Positions 45,885 to 55,167 of a stretch of 64,000 nt of DNA are shown piece after piece. How positions within the stretch are numbered: the stretch's first letter is position 1; every line of letters starts with the position of its first letter. The notes beneath the pieces are model-generated. The model saw nothing but the letters and a program-made list of their open reading frames with translations, had not been told where the DNA came from and made no database searches. The translations under genes were made by a program, and so were the position numbers. This DNA is from a bacterium (lineage in GTDB: Bacteria; UBA8248; JACPRG01; G963555815): NCBI GenBank assembly GCA_965218795.1, contig OZ244653.1, forward strand, positions 2,208,001-2,272,000, read 5' to 3'.

Positions 45885-47462
45885 TTATCCTCGGGCCGAT
45901 AGGCCTTGAGGCTTCAGACCCCGTTCGACCCAAGCCAAGAGGCCGTCCACCAGCAGGGCGAGAACGGCCGCGGGTAACGCCCCCGAGAGGATTAACGCCG
46001 TATCCGTCAGCTGAAGGCCCGTCACAATCGGCTCCCCCAATCCGCCTGCGCCGATGAACGCCGCGAGCGTTGCCGTCCCGACGTTGATCACGGCCGAGGT
46101 GCGAACGCCCGCCATGATGACCGGCGCCGCCAAGGGCAGCCTCACCTTGCGCAGCACCTGACCCGGGGTCATCCCGAGCGCCAGGGCCGATTCCACGGCG
46201 GCGGGGTCGGCCGAGCGGAGCCCGGTGTAGGTGTTTCGGACAATCGGGAAAAGGGCGTAAACCCAGAGCGCCACGATGGCGGGCTTCACCCCCACTCCCA
46301 ACAACGGAATCATGAAGGCCAACAGGGCAATCGACGGAATCGTCTGGGTCAAGCCGATGCCCCGAATGACCGTTTCGGCCGACCCGCGGCGTCGTTCCAG
46401 AAGCAAACCCACCGGGATGGCAAAAAAGGCCGCCAGCAATAAGGAGGCGGACACCATTCCGAGGTGCTCCATCGTCCGGGCGCCGAGTTGGGCCCGGTCT
46501 CCCCAGAGACGGGCCTTCAGCCCCGGAGCCTGGCCGACCGCCCGGCCCGTGTCGCCCGATCCTCCAATCAGCCCCAGTGCGGCCAGGGCGTCCTCCGCCA
46601 CGCGCGGGACCGATTCTTTGGTCTCTTGAAGACGGCGGTTCCATCGTCTCATCGAATTCTCGCTGAGCAGATTGGACAGAAGCGACAGCGCCTCACCCAC
46701 CCGCGAGTATTGCCTGAGCGTCTCCTGACGAACCAGCGGGGCCGCTTCGTAGGGTGGAAAGAACCCCAGGTCGTCTTGGAGGATAACCAGTTGATTCAAA
46801 GAGATCCGCCCGTCCGTGGTGTAGACGTCGATAACGTCCAATTGGCCTCCGGCAGCGGCTTTGTATTTGATGGTTTGCTGAAGACGGCGAACCGATCCGA
46901 GCTGAAGTCCGTAGGTCTTTTTGAGCCCGGGCAGCCCGTCGGGCCGCCCTGCAAACTCATACCCGAAGCCGCCACGCAACGAATTCGCCACCTGGGCGAG
47001 ATCCGAGATGGTTCGAAGCCTGTGGGCCTCGGCGACTTCCCTCCGAACGGCTATCTCATAAGCGTTCTCGAATCCGAGCGGTGCGAGCCAGACCAGTTTC
47101 CACCGCCGAAGAAACTCCCGACGGACAAGGGCCAGAACCTCAGAGGGCGTCCCCTTCGCCGGCATCTTGAGGATGGAGACCAGGCCCGTCCCCGTATATT
47201 CCGGATAGACGTCCACCGCCCCGGATTTCACACCTTCAAAGAGAATTTGCGTTCCCGCCATGTTGAACCGGCGAGTCACGCGAAGCCCCGCTTTGACTTC
47301 GATCATCCGGGCGAACATCTCAGCGAGCAACCGGTTTTCGGCGAAGTTTTTCGAACCCACAACGATGGGTCGGCCCAGTCCCTCGACGCTCCATGGATGA
47401 AAGAGGCCCAAAAAGAGAATGGCCGACAGCAACCTGACGGATCGACGATGGACGCTCAACAC
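45885..47462 (-). CDS. ABC transporter SBP-permease fusion, OpuBC/EgtU (betaine/ergothioneine) class
   Basis: SBP motifs VGSKNFAE, YPEYTGT, GFENAY, EFAGRPDG, YTTDG, FFPPY; permease QTIPSIAL, ESALALGMT, GAGGLG. Confidence 0.88.
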   Translation of the reverse strand: MLSVHRRSVRLLSAILFLGLFHPWSVEGLGRPIVVGSKNFAENRLLAEMFARMIEVKAGLRVTRRFNMAGTQILFEGVKSGAVDVYPEYTGTGLVSILKMPAKGTPSEVLALVRREFLRRWKLVWLAPLGFENAYEIAVRREVAEAHRLRTISDLAQVANSLRGGFGYEFAGRPDGLPGLKKTYGLQLGSVRRLQQTIKYKAAAGGQLDVIDVYTTDGRISLNQLVILQDDLGFFPPYEAAPLVRQETLRQYSRVGEALSLLSNLLSENSMRRWNRRLQETKESVPRVAEDALAALGLIGGSGDTGRAVGQAPGLKARLWGDRAQLGARTMEHLGMVSASLLLAAFFAIPVGLLLERRRGSAETVIRGIGLTQTIPSIALLAFMIPLLGVGVKPAIVALWVYALFPIVRNTYTGLRSADPAAVESALALGMTPGQVLRKVRLPLAAPVIMAGVRTSAVINVGTATLAAFIGAGGLGEPIVTGLQLTDTALILSGALPAAVLALLVDGLLAWVERGLKPQGLSARG

Positions 47463-48262
47463 CTCTCCTCCCGCTCTTCCCCGCTACCGGCGGTCTTCAC
47501 CGTTCGATCCAGCAGTCGACGAACGTAGTCGGTGGCGGGCGCTTCGCGCAAAACCGACGGGGCGTCCACTTGGTGAATGCTCCCCTCCCGCATGACGGCA
47601 ACACGGTGAGCCAGCATGAACGCCTCCTCGATATCGTGCGTCACGAGGAGCATCGTCTTCTCCATGCTCGATCGGAGTCTGATGAATTCCTGCTGGAGGT
47701 CGGCCCGCGTGATGGGATCGAGAGCGCCAAAAGGCTCATCCAGAAGCACGATATCGGGGTCCGCAGCCAAGGCCCTGGCGATGGCAACCCGTTGCCGCTG
47801 CCCTCCCGACAGCTCCCGCGGGAAGCGGTTCTCGAATCCCGGGTCCGGAAGCCCGACAAGCTGGAGCCACTCACGCCGCTTTGCCCGACGGCGGTCGGGG
47901 TCCCAACCCAGAAGGGTGGGGACAAGGTCGATATTACGGGCGATGGTCCAATGGGGAAGGAGACCCCCCTCCTGCTGGATATATCCGATATGACGTCTGA
48001 GGCGGATAGGGTCCTGCGTCGAAACGTCCTCTCCGCGGACCCTGACGATCCCTTCAGTGGGTCCGACCAACCGATTGAACAGCTTCATCAAGGTGCTTTT
48101 ACCGGAACCACTCTCCCCTACGAGGGCGACCGTCTCCGCCTCCCCCACGACAAGACTGACGCCCCGGAGGGCCTCAACCGGACCCACGCCCCCGGACCGT
48201 CCGGCAGCCGGATAAACGACACGGACGTGATGCGCTTCCAAAATGGATTGTGTCCGGTTCAT
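47456..48262 (-). CDS. ABC transporter ATPase (OpuA/EgtV class)
   Basis: GESGSGKST, LRRHIGYIQQ, LSGGQRQRVAIARALAADP, DEPFGALDPITR. Confidence 0.9.
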   Translation of the reverse strand: MNRTQSILEAHHVRVVYPAAGRSGGVGPVEALRGVSLVVGEAETVALVGESGSGKSTLMKLFNRLVGPTEGIVRVRGEDVSTQDPIRLRRHIGYIQQEGGLLPHWTIARNIDLVPTLLGWDPDRRRAKRREWLQLVGLPDPGFENRFPRELSGGQRQRVAIARALAADPDIVLLDEPFGALDPITRADLQQEFIRLRSSMEKTMLLVTHDIEEAFMLAHRVAVMREGSIHQVDAPSVLREAPATDYVRRLLDRTVKTAGSGEEREERC

Positions 48263-48311
48263 AGACAGGCGGCGGTCCAGCCGCGCGGACTCGATGGATG
48301 CCGAGCCGGTT

Positions 48312-49637
48312 TCAGGACTTGGCGCACGTGCGTAAACCCGCGAAAACATCGCAGCGGTCCGGCGTGAAGAAGTTCCGCCATGTATTCCGAATCATTTCGC
48401 CTCGTGTCGCCCAGGCCCCGCCCCGCAACACTTTGCGGGTGTCGAACCACGGCTGCGAATAATCCTTGTAGGGATCCGGGACGAATCCGGGGAAGGGGCC
48501 GAAGGTGGTGGCCGTCCATTCCCATACGTTGCCGATCAATTGTCGACAGCCAAAAGCGCTGTCTCCCGATGCGAAAGCACCTACCTCCACACAACCCGTA
48601 TAGCGGGAATTCAGGTTGGCGTGCTTCGGCGTCAGCGGGTCATCCCCCCAAGGGAACCTTCGCTTTCGAGATGTGAACCCGGCCCCGTCCGGGGCGGGCT
48701 CCCCCGAAGCGGCCAGTTCCCACTCCGCCTCGGTCGGAAGCCGCCGATTCGCCCATTGGCAGTAGGCTTCCGCTTCAAACCAATTGACATGGATGACCGG
48801 CTGATACGGCTCCAGGAGAACCCATCGGTCAAAGTGTCTTCGTTGCCATCCGTCCGAAGCCTTTCGCCAGTACACGGGGTGTTCGGCTTGTTCCGACTCA
48901 TGCCAGAACCACCCCTCGTCGCTCCAGAATTTTCGTTCCCCGTAGCCTCCGTCATCGACGAATTCGGCGTACTCCGCGTTGATGACGGGCGCCCGCGCTA
49001 TCCGGAAGGATTCGACCTCCACCGGATAGGCCCACTTCTCATTGTCGAAAACGAACGGCATGTCAGGAGTTCCGCCGAGCATGTAAGTCCCCCCCGGCAC
49101 CTCGACGTCTCCGGGCAAGGGCCCTCCGCCAATCTCATCGATTGCCGGCGCCCCGCTCTCCTTCGAAGCCATGGGCGGCGGATATTCCAATGTCTGCCCC
49201 GTATAGGTAAACGCTTCGGCGTGCATGTATTCATGAAAGGCGACCATCCGGTAGAAATACAAATCATCTTCGCCCGGGCTTTCCTGATCGCGGATCATCT
49301 CGACAACCCGGTCCAGGACCCGCTGCATGTAGTCCAGGGTTTCCTGTTTCGACGGGAGCGGTAAATCCCATCGTGTGTCATGATGAACACCCATCGAGTC
49401 GTACAGCGCGTCGGTTTGATCGAGCAAAGGCTTTTCATTCCGCAAATGGCGCAGAATCCATCGTTCTTCGAACCAGGCGAGGTGGCCGATTTCCCATAGG
49501 AGAGGGTTAACGATACTGATTTGCGGACCGAGCATCTGTTCGTCGGTAAGCCCATCAAGCAACGCGAGGCTTTTCTCTCTGGCGTCCATCATCAGTTCGG
49601 CCAGTTCGGCCCCGTTCGGAATCTTTCGTTTTGTCAT
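48312..49637 (-). CDS. senA: Selenoneine synthase (EgtB-like non-heme iron, DinB + FGE-sulfatase fold)
   Basis: NPLLWEIGHLAWFEERW, YDS..V.HDTRWDLPLP, HEYMHAE metal site, RLPTEAEWE, RNFFTPDR tail; divergent from senB. Confidence 0.8.
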   Translation of the reverse strand: MTKRKIPNGAELAELMMDAREKSLALLDGLTDEQMLGPQISIVNPLLWEIGHLAWFEERWILRHLRNEKPLLDQTDALYDSMGVHHDTRWDLPLPSKQETLDYMQRVLDRVVEMIRDQESPGEDDLYFYRMVAFHEYMHAEAFTYTGQTLEYPPPMASKESGAPAIDEIGGGPLPGDVEVPGGTYMLGGTPDMPFVFDNEKWAYPVEVESFRIARAPVINAEYAEFVDDGGYGERKFWSDEGWFWHESEQAEHPVYWRKASDGWQRRHFDRWVLLEPYQPVIHVNWFEAEAYCQWANRRLPTEAEWELAASGEPAPDGAGFTSRKRRFPWGDDPLTPKHANLNSRYTGCVEVGAFASGDSAFGCRQLIGNVWEWTATTFGPFPGFVPDPYKDYSQPWFDTRKVLRGGAWATRGEMIRNTWRNFFTPDRCDVFAGLRTCAKS

Positions 49638-49831
49638 GAGTCATGGTTCTCCTGTCACCAAGCGAAACCATACGAAGCCAAGTCATTTTATTAGAACGCA
49701 AACGGTGAATCCGAAAATCTGACGATGGAAAGAAGGTGACACCGGGCTCCCGCCTTGATTATAACAATCCTTCGATTGTCCGGTATCATTGAGAAACTGA
49801 ATCGACACCTAAAAACCGATAATCATTGTCT

Positions 49832-50788
49832 ATGAATATCCAGATCATCACGCCCGTTCATCCTGTTCAATGGTCCGGCAACCGGGTTACGGCGGAACGC
49901 TGGACCCGAATCCTGCGGGACTTGGGGCATCGGGTTGGAGTGAAGAACAGTTTTGACCGTTCGCCTTGTGATTTGATGATCGCCTTGCACGCACGGCGCA
50001 GCGCCAGATTTGTCCTGGATATCCATCGCCAACAGCCGGACACTCCCACCATTGTCTGCTTGACGGGCACCGACCTGTACCGCGACATCCATACCCATCG
50101 TTCGGCTCAGCGGTGCCTCGAGTTGGCCGACCGACTCATCGTCCTTCATCCGCGGGGGAGCGCCGATCTCCCCCGGCGCCTCAGACAAAAAACCCGGGTC
50201 ATCCTCCAGTCCTTGAAGCGGCCCCCTGGGTCTGAGAACCACTCAAAAGGCACGTTTGACGTCTGCGTTGTCGCCAATCTGAGACCCGTCAAAGATCCAT
50301 TTCGGACCGCCATGGCCGCTCGTATGCTGCCGAAATCATCCAAGCTCCGAGTCATCCATATCGGCGGCCCCCTGTCCGACGGCATGGCTGAAAGGGCCCA
50401 CGCCGAGATGAAGCGAAATCATCGCTATCAGTGGCTGGGCGAAAAACCCTGGGCTCAGACGCTCCGCATCATGTCCCGATGCAGGGCGCTGGTACTGACA
50501 TCGAAAATGGAGGGAGGGGCCAACGTCATCTCTGAAGCCCTTGTGGTATCGGTTCCTGTCATTTCCTCTGAAATCTCGGGTTCAATCGGGATTCTGGGAA
50601 AAGATTATCCAGGGTTTTTCCCGCCCCAGGACACACGAGCCCTGGCTACGCTCTTGAATCGCCTGGAATTCGAGCCGGGATTCACCGATCGCCTTCAGTC
50701 CATTTGTCAATCCATCGCGCCAATGTTTGAGCCCCACCGCGAAAGGACGTCATGGAAAAACCTTTTCAAGGAAATGGGCCTATCTTAA
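49832..50788 (+). CDS. senB: Selenosugar synthase glycosyltransferase (GT-B)
   Basis: GNRVTAERW, ALHARRS, LTGTDLYRDI, LRPVKDP, EGGANV, GILGKDYPGFF. Confidence 0.85.
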   Translation: MNIQIITPVHPVQWSGNRVTAERWTRILRDLGHRVGVKNSFDRSPCDLMIALHARRSARFVLDIHRQQPDTPTIVCLTGTDLYRDIHTHRSAQRCLELADRLIVLHPRGSADLPRRLRQKTRVILQSLKRPPGSENHSKGTFDVCVVANLRPVKDPFRTAMAARMLPKSSKLRVIHIGGPLSDGMAERAHAEMKRNHRYQWLGEKPWAQTLRIMSRCRALVLTSKMEGGANVISEALVVSVPVISSEISGSIGILGKDYPGFFPPQDTRALATLLNRLEFEPGFTDRLQSICQSIAPMFEPHRERTSWKNLFKEMGLS

Positions 50789-51221
50789 AGAGATTCGACA
50801 GGATTCTCTGCCGGTAGCCGAAGATGGCTTCCAAGTCCCGCCGAACAAACAGCCGATGCACAATCGGACCCCATCTCATGTCATCGTCGACGCGGTCGCG
50901 GACGAGGGTCCACCCCCCATCCTTTTCGGTGAAGGTGTGTTCGTGAATCCACAGCCGATAGGATCCCTTGACTTGCCCGTTCACGAACCTCCATGAGGAT
51001 CCCATACCACGATTCTGGTTCTCCATCGAATAGAGAGGCCGTGTAATCGCAGCCGATAATCAATGGAGGATCCTCTGCAAAGCTGAACGGATTGGGGAGT
51101 GAGGATCCGGAAACGGAGCCAGGGAGGGGTGATTCTCTTCAGGTTCTCCGCATCGAAAAAACGAAAAAATCTGACGCAATTCATTGGGAAACCATTGCTC
51201 GAGCTCCAGCCGATAGGCCAT
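50766..51221 (-). pseudogene. SRPBCC-family protein, multiple frameshifts
   Basis: NLKRITPPWLRF, IDYRLRLHG..IRWRTRI, QVKGSYRLWIHEHTF, IFGYRQ in three frames. Confidence 0.75.
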
Positions 51222-51430
51222 TATTCTCTCTTCGGGACAGCTGAGCGAGGCGGCGTTACCGAGGAATTCCTTGCCGGAAATACTGAAATCCCATTTCGCA
51301 CTATACAAAGCAAACCGGTCGGCTATAATGTAATCAATAAAATATTGTTTGTTCCATGGCGGAGAGATTCAGGGTATTTTCCGAATCTGGATCTCCATGG
51401 AAGGGGTACTCTCATTAACGGAGTAGGACA

Positions 51431-51907
51431 TTGGAACGAGGCGTTCTGTTGGCCGTCGCTCTGCAAAGATATGCCGATCTCACCCCCCGGTCCCTGGCCG
51501 CTCGTGATATGGCGGCGGAGCTTGCGGACTATTACAAGGCACCCCTCACCGTACTGACTGTACACGTGCAGCTCGCTCTGATGCCCGAGGGAGAGGGTAC
51601 CGAGGAAAAGCTCGCCCGTTTCGTGAGGCCCCTGATTGAACAGGGCCTGCAGGTGGAGTCGATCGTTCGGGAGGGTTCCCCCCGGTCCGTCATCTCTGAA
51701 GTGGCCAAGGAGATGTCCGCGCGCGTCATCGTCATCGGCACTCACAGCAAACAGGGGCTTCTGGATACGGCGCTGGGCGGCACCGCGAAGGCCGTCATCA
51801 CCAGTGCCCCCTGCCGGGTCATCCTGGTGGCTGCGACGAAAGAAGAAGCGGAGAAAACCCGCGAGCTCATCATCCCCGAATACCCTTTCATCTTTCCGTA
51901 CGGCTAG
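51431..51907 (+). CDS. Universal stress protein
   Basis: VREGSPRSVI..VA, IVIGTHSKQGL..ALGGTA..V...APCRV. Confidence 0.8.
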   Translation: MERGVLLAVALQRYADLTPRSLAARDMAAELADYYKAPLTVLTVHVQLALMPEGEGTEEKLARFVRPLIEQGLQVESIVREGSPRSVISEVAKEMSARVIVIGTHSKQGLLDTALGGTAKAVITSAPCRVILVAATKEEAEKTRELIIPEYPFIFPYG

Positions 51908-52049
51908 GCTTCAAGCAGAGAACCGACATCATTGCCGTCCCTTTCGGGGGACCTACGGCAGGTCTGGCTTTGGAAAGCCCGTCGGCGCTCCGATCATGAC
52001 CCCTCTCAGGTGAATCACGCGTGGACACCCGCCCCTGCAATTTGCCGAC

Positions 52050-52952
52050 CTAACGGGGCAATTTAAAATTCCCCAATCGCTCATACGCTTTGATCATGGC
52101 CTGGGTTCCGCGATCGCCCCCGCCCTTGTCCGTTTCGATGGCTCGAAACAACTGGATGGCCAACGATGTGCCGGGCAGCGGGAGGTTCAACCGTCTCGCC
52201 ATGTCCGAGACGACGTTCAAATCCTTTTGAATCAGTCGAATCATGAAGGCGGGATCCAAGTCCCCGTCGATCACCTTCCGTCCAAGATTTTCCAGGGCCC
52301 ATGAATTTCCGGCTCCGCCGGTGACCACTTCATGCATGAGATTCAGATCAATACCCGACCGATAGCAGAGGGAAAGAGCTTCGCTGACGGCCACTTGATT
52401 CACAGCGCACATGATCTGGTTGCAAGCCTTTACAGTCTGACCGGATCCGGCCGGTCCGACATGGGTGATCCGCTTGCCCACGGCCTCCAGTATGGGACGG
52501 CAGCGCTCGAATACAGCCGCCTCACCGCCGACCATGACCGTCAAGGTTCCTTGGATGGCGCCGATTTCCCCTCCGGACACGGGGGCATCCAACATATCGA
52601 CCCCCTTCTCCGCCAGCCTTTCCGAGAACATGCGGGTCGCATCGGGCGAGATGGTACTCATATCAATCAGGGTCTGCCCCTCCCGGGCCCCCTGGAGCAC
52701 ACCGTCCTTTCCGAACAGGACATCCTCCACATCCGGCGTATCCGTAACGATGGTGATCATCACGTCGGAGGATTTTGCAACCTCAAGCGGGGAGGATCTG
52801 GACCTCGCACCCGCTTCGACCACCTCCTTGGCCTTTTCCGGAGTCCGGTTGTAGACATCCAGAGAGAAGCCGCTCTTGAGAAGGTTAAGAGCCATCGGCC
52901 GGCCCATGATGCCGGTCCCGATGAACCCAATGCGCACGGCAGATGGTTCCAT
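52050..52952 (-). CDS. NAD(P)-dependent beta-hydroxyacid dehydrogenase (GarR/MmsB family)
   Basis: IGFIGTGIMG, IDMSTISP, DAPVSGG, GSGQTVKACNQ. Confidence 0.9.
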   Translation of the reverse strand: MEPSAVRIGFIGTGIMGRPMALNLLKSGFSLDVYNRTPEKAKEVVEAGARSRSSPLEVAKSSDVMITIVTDTPDVEDVLFGKDGVLQGAREGQTLIDMSTISPDATRMFSERLAEKGVDMLDAPVSGGEIGAIQGTLTVMVGGEAAVFERCRPILEAVGKRITHVGPAGSGQTVKACNQIMCAVNQVAVSEALSLCYRSGIDLNLMHEVVTGGAGNSWALENLGRKVIDGDLDPAFMIRLIQKDLNVVSDMARRLNLPLPGTSLAIQLFRAIETDKGGGDRGTQAMIKAYERLGNFKLPR

Positions 52953-53152
52953 GAGTTTTCCTTCCTCTTCCAATCCGGCGATGTGATTCTCATCCTGACG
53001 CGATTCAGGGTATTCAATTTTCAAGTCTATGATAAACTGACAAGACTCCATCAAGGGGATGCGGAGATCCTCCAGCCGCCTTATGTCGGTAGAGCGAAAG
53101 GCTGTTCTTCCACCAAGGAAATTCATTTCCACATCCAAAGAGGGGGGTTCTG

Positions 53153-54097
53153 ATGAAGAAAAGGATTTGCTGTTATTTGCTGGCAGGTTTGCTCAGTTTC
53201 TGTCTGGCGGGCACTGCGGCGGCGAAAAAGCAGTTGTTCCTGCTGGACTGGATTCTTTACGGAAAACACGCCCCGTTTTTCGCTGCGTTGGATTTCGGGT
53301 TCTACAAGAAAAACGGCCTCGACATCTTCTATGAGCACGGCTTCGGAAGCGGGGATACTGCAAAGCGCATCGCCTCGAAGGTCGCACCTTTCGGATTTGC
53401 GGATACGGGAACCGTCGTCGCGGCGCGGGTTGCGGGGGCCAAGGTCGTCGAAGTAGGCATGATTCACGCCAAGGCGCCCTACGCGCTGTACACCCTGAAG
53501 GCGAAGGCCAATGCCGCCCGCATCATGTTTCCACCTTTCGCCCGGAAGGGCGGCCTCAACCCCTCCGCCGTGAAGTGGACCACCATGAAATACGGTGCCA
53601 CGCTTCCCAGTCTTCTGAGCGGCAGGGTTGACGGTATCGTGGACTACACCACTGGCGGCGTCACGATTATGGCCAAGGGGAAGGACGTTGGCAAGGACGT
53701 GGCGGAATTTCGCTATACCAACGTTGGATTCGACGTGTACAGCAACGGTCTGATCGTCCACGAGGACACCATCCGTGAAAACTCCGACATGGTTCGACGT
53801 TGGGTGAAGGCCAACATGGAAGCCTGGGGCTATTGTTTCATTTACACCCAGAAGTGTGTGCAGAACTTCTATCAATATGCGCCTGGGATGAGCAAAAAGC
53901 TCGTTGAGGGCCACTACGTAGAAGCGCTCAATCTCCTCATCGATGACGGCGTAAAGCGTAACGGATTGGGCTGGATGACCGAGGAGAAAATGAACGTCAC
54001 CATCGATCTCGTCACAAAGTATACGCCGCTCAAGAAGAGGATCAGCGCGAAGGATCTCTACACGAACAAGTTCCTGCCCCAGGCCGGAAAGATGTAG
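53153..54097 (+). CDS. NitT/TauT/Thi5-family ABC substrate-binding protein (possible internal deletion)
   Basis: Signal peptide; LDWILYGKHAPFFAALDFGFYKKNGLD, GFGSGD, YSNGLIV. Confidence 0.8.
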   Translation: MKKRICCYLLAGLLSFCLAGTAAAKKQLFLLDWILYGKHAPFFAALDFGFYKKNGLDIFYEHGFGSGDTAKRIASKVAPFGFADTGTVVAARVAGAKVVEVGMIHAKAPYALYTLKAKANAARIMFPPFARKGGLNPSAVKWTTMKYGATLPSLLSGRVDGIVDYTTGGVTIMAKGKDVGKDVAEFRYTNVGFDVYSNGLIVHEDTIRENSDMVRRWVKANMEAWGYCFIYTQKCVQNFYQYAPGMSKKLVEGHYVEALNLLIDDGVKRNGLGWMTEEKMNVTIDLVTKYTPLKKRISAKDLYTNKFLPQAGKM

Positions 54098-54172
54098 CTG
54101 TTCGACAGGTTGAGCAAAAGGACGGGGCCCGAGGGAGCCGGGCCAAGACCGGGATTTCCTCTTGTAGACGTC

Positions 54173-55078
54173 TTAGCCCGGCTCCCTCGGGCGGAGCCCT
54201 CCGCGTGGCGGCCTGCGGAGATTGTCTCCGACGAACCGGGCAATGGCCTTATTGCCGACGATGATCGCGCCTTTCCACTCCATAAGCTCCTGCAGGGATG
54301 AGGGGGGAGAGATGTAGTCTCGTCCGAAGCGTTCCAGGGGTCGCCACTTCATGCCCTTCGACCGCCGGACCAGGGCTTCGCCTCCGGCTTCCTTGATCAG
54401 CAGCACACCGGCAGCGACATCCCATATCTTCGGGGCCGCGAACACGGCGTAGTGAAAGGTTCCCTCCGCGGTCAGGGCGATATCATTGGCGATGGATCCC
54501 GAACCGCGCGATTCACCGGGCTGCTTCCTGAGCCGGCTTTGCATCTCAAATATCCTCCAGTAATTTCCCGGAAGACAAACCAAATGTGTAGGAGCCGGCC
54601 GTCCTTCAGCAGCTACGGAGACGCGCGCTCCATCCCGATGAGTGCCGCCGCCGGAGCGGGCATGATACACCCGGCCCTGACCGTCCGGTCCTCCAGCGAG
54701 AAAGACCGCGCCGGCCACCGGCTGTCCGAAATGGAGGAGGCCGATGGAAACCCCGTAAATTTCGAAGCCGCGCATGAAGTTCGTCGTCCCATCCAGGGGG
54801 TCGAGGATCCAGACCCATTCCGGTTGATCCCCCTCCAGACTGAGTTTCTCCTCGCTCAGGATGGCATGGCCGGGAAACTGCGATTCGATTTGTTGACGCA
54901 AGTAATCCTGGCTTTCGCGATCGGCCTCCGTAACTGGGTCCCGCTTCTTTTCCTTATCCTTGAATTCGGACCGTACCCCTTGGCGAAACATCTTCGCGAG
55001 CAGCACGCCCGCATTTCTCGCCATGGCGACCATCCTTTTTTCGATTTTCTTCAGATCCTTCGGGCCGGAGGCATTCAC
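54173..55078 (-). CDS. Inositol monophosphatase-family protein
   Basis: DPVTEAD, ILSEE, WILDPLDGTTNF, WDVAAGVLLIKEAGG. Confidence 0.9.
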   Translation of the reverse strand: MNASGPKDLKKIEKRMVAMARNAGVLLAKMFRQGVRSEFKDKEKKRDPVTEADRESQDYLRQQIESQFPGHAILSEEKLSLEGDQPEWVWILDPLDGTTNFMRGFEIYGVSIGLLHFGQPVAGAVFLAGGPDGQGRVYHARSGGGTHRDGARVSVAAEGRPAPTHLVCLPGNYWRIFEMQSRLRKQPGESRGSGSIANDIALTAEGTFHYAVFAAPKIWDVAAGVLLIKEAGGEALVRRSKGMKWRPLERFGRDYISPPSSLQELMEWKGAIIVGNKAIARFVGDNLRRPPRGGLRPREPG

Positions 55079-55167
55079 GATCTCGGATTTCCCGGATTCG
55101 AAACGTTCTTGTTTCCTTCGGCCCTTGTCATCAAGCCGGGCCCGTACGCCACTACGGAGTGAAATAG

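Noticed and set aside
48312-49637. Calling this gene egtB or ovoA
   Set aside because: NPxLWExGHxAWF and RNFF motifs, adjacency to senB and lack of a methyltransferase domain favour SenA
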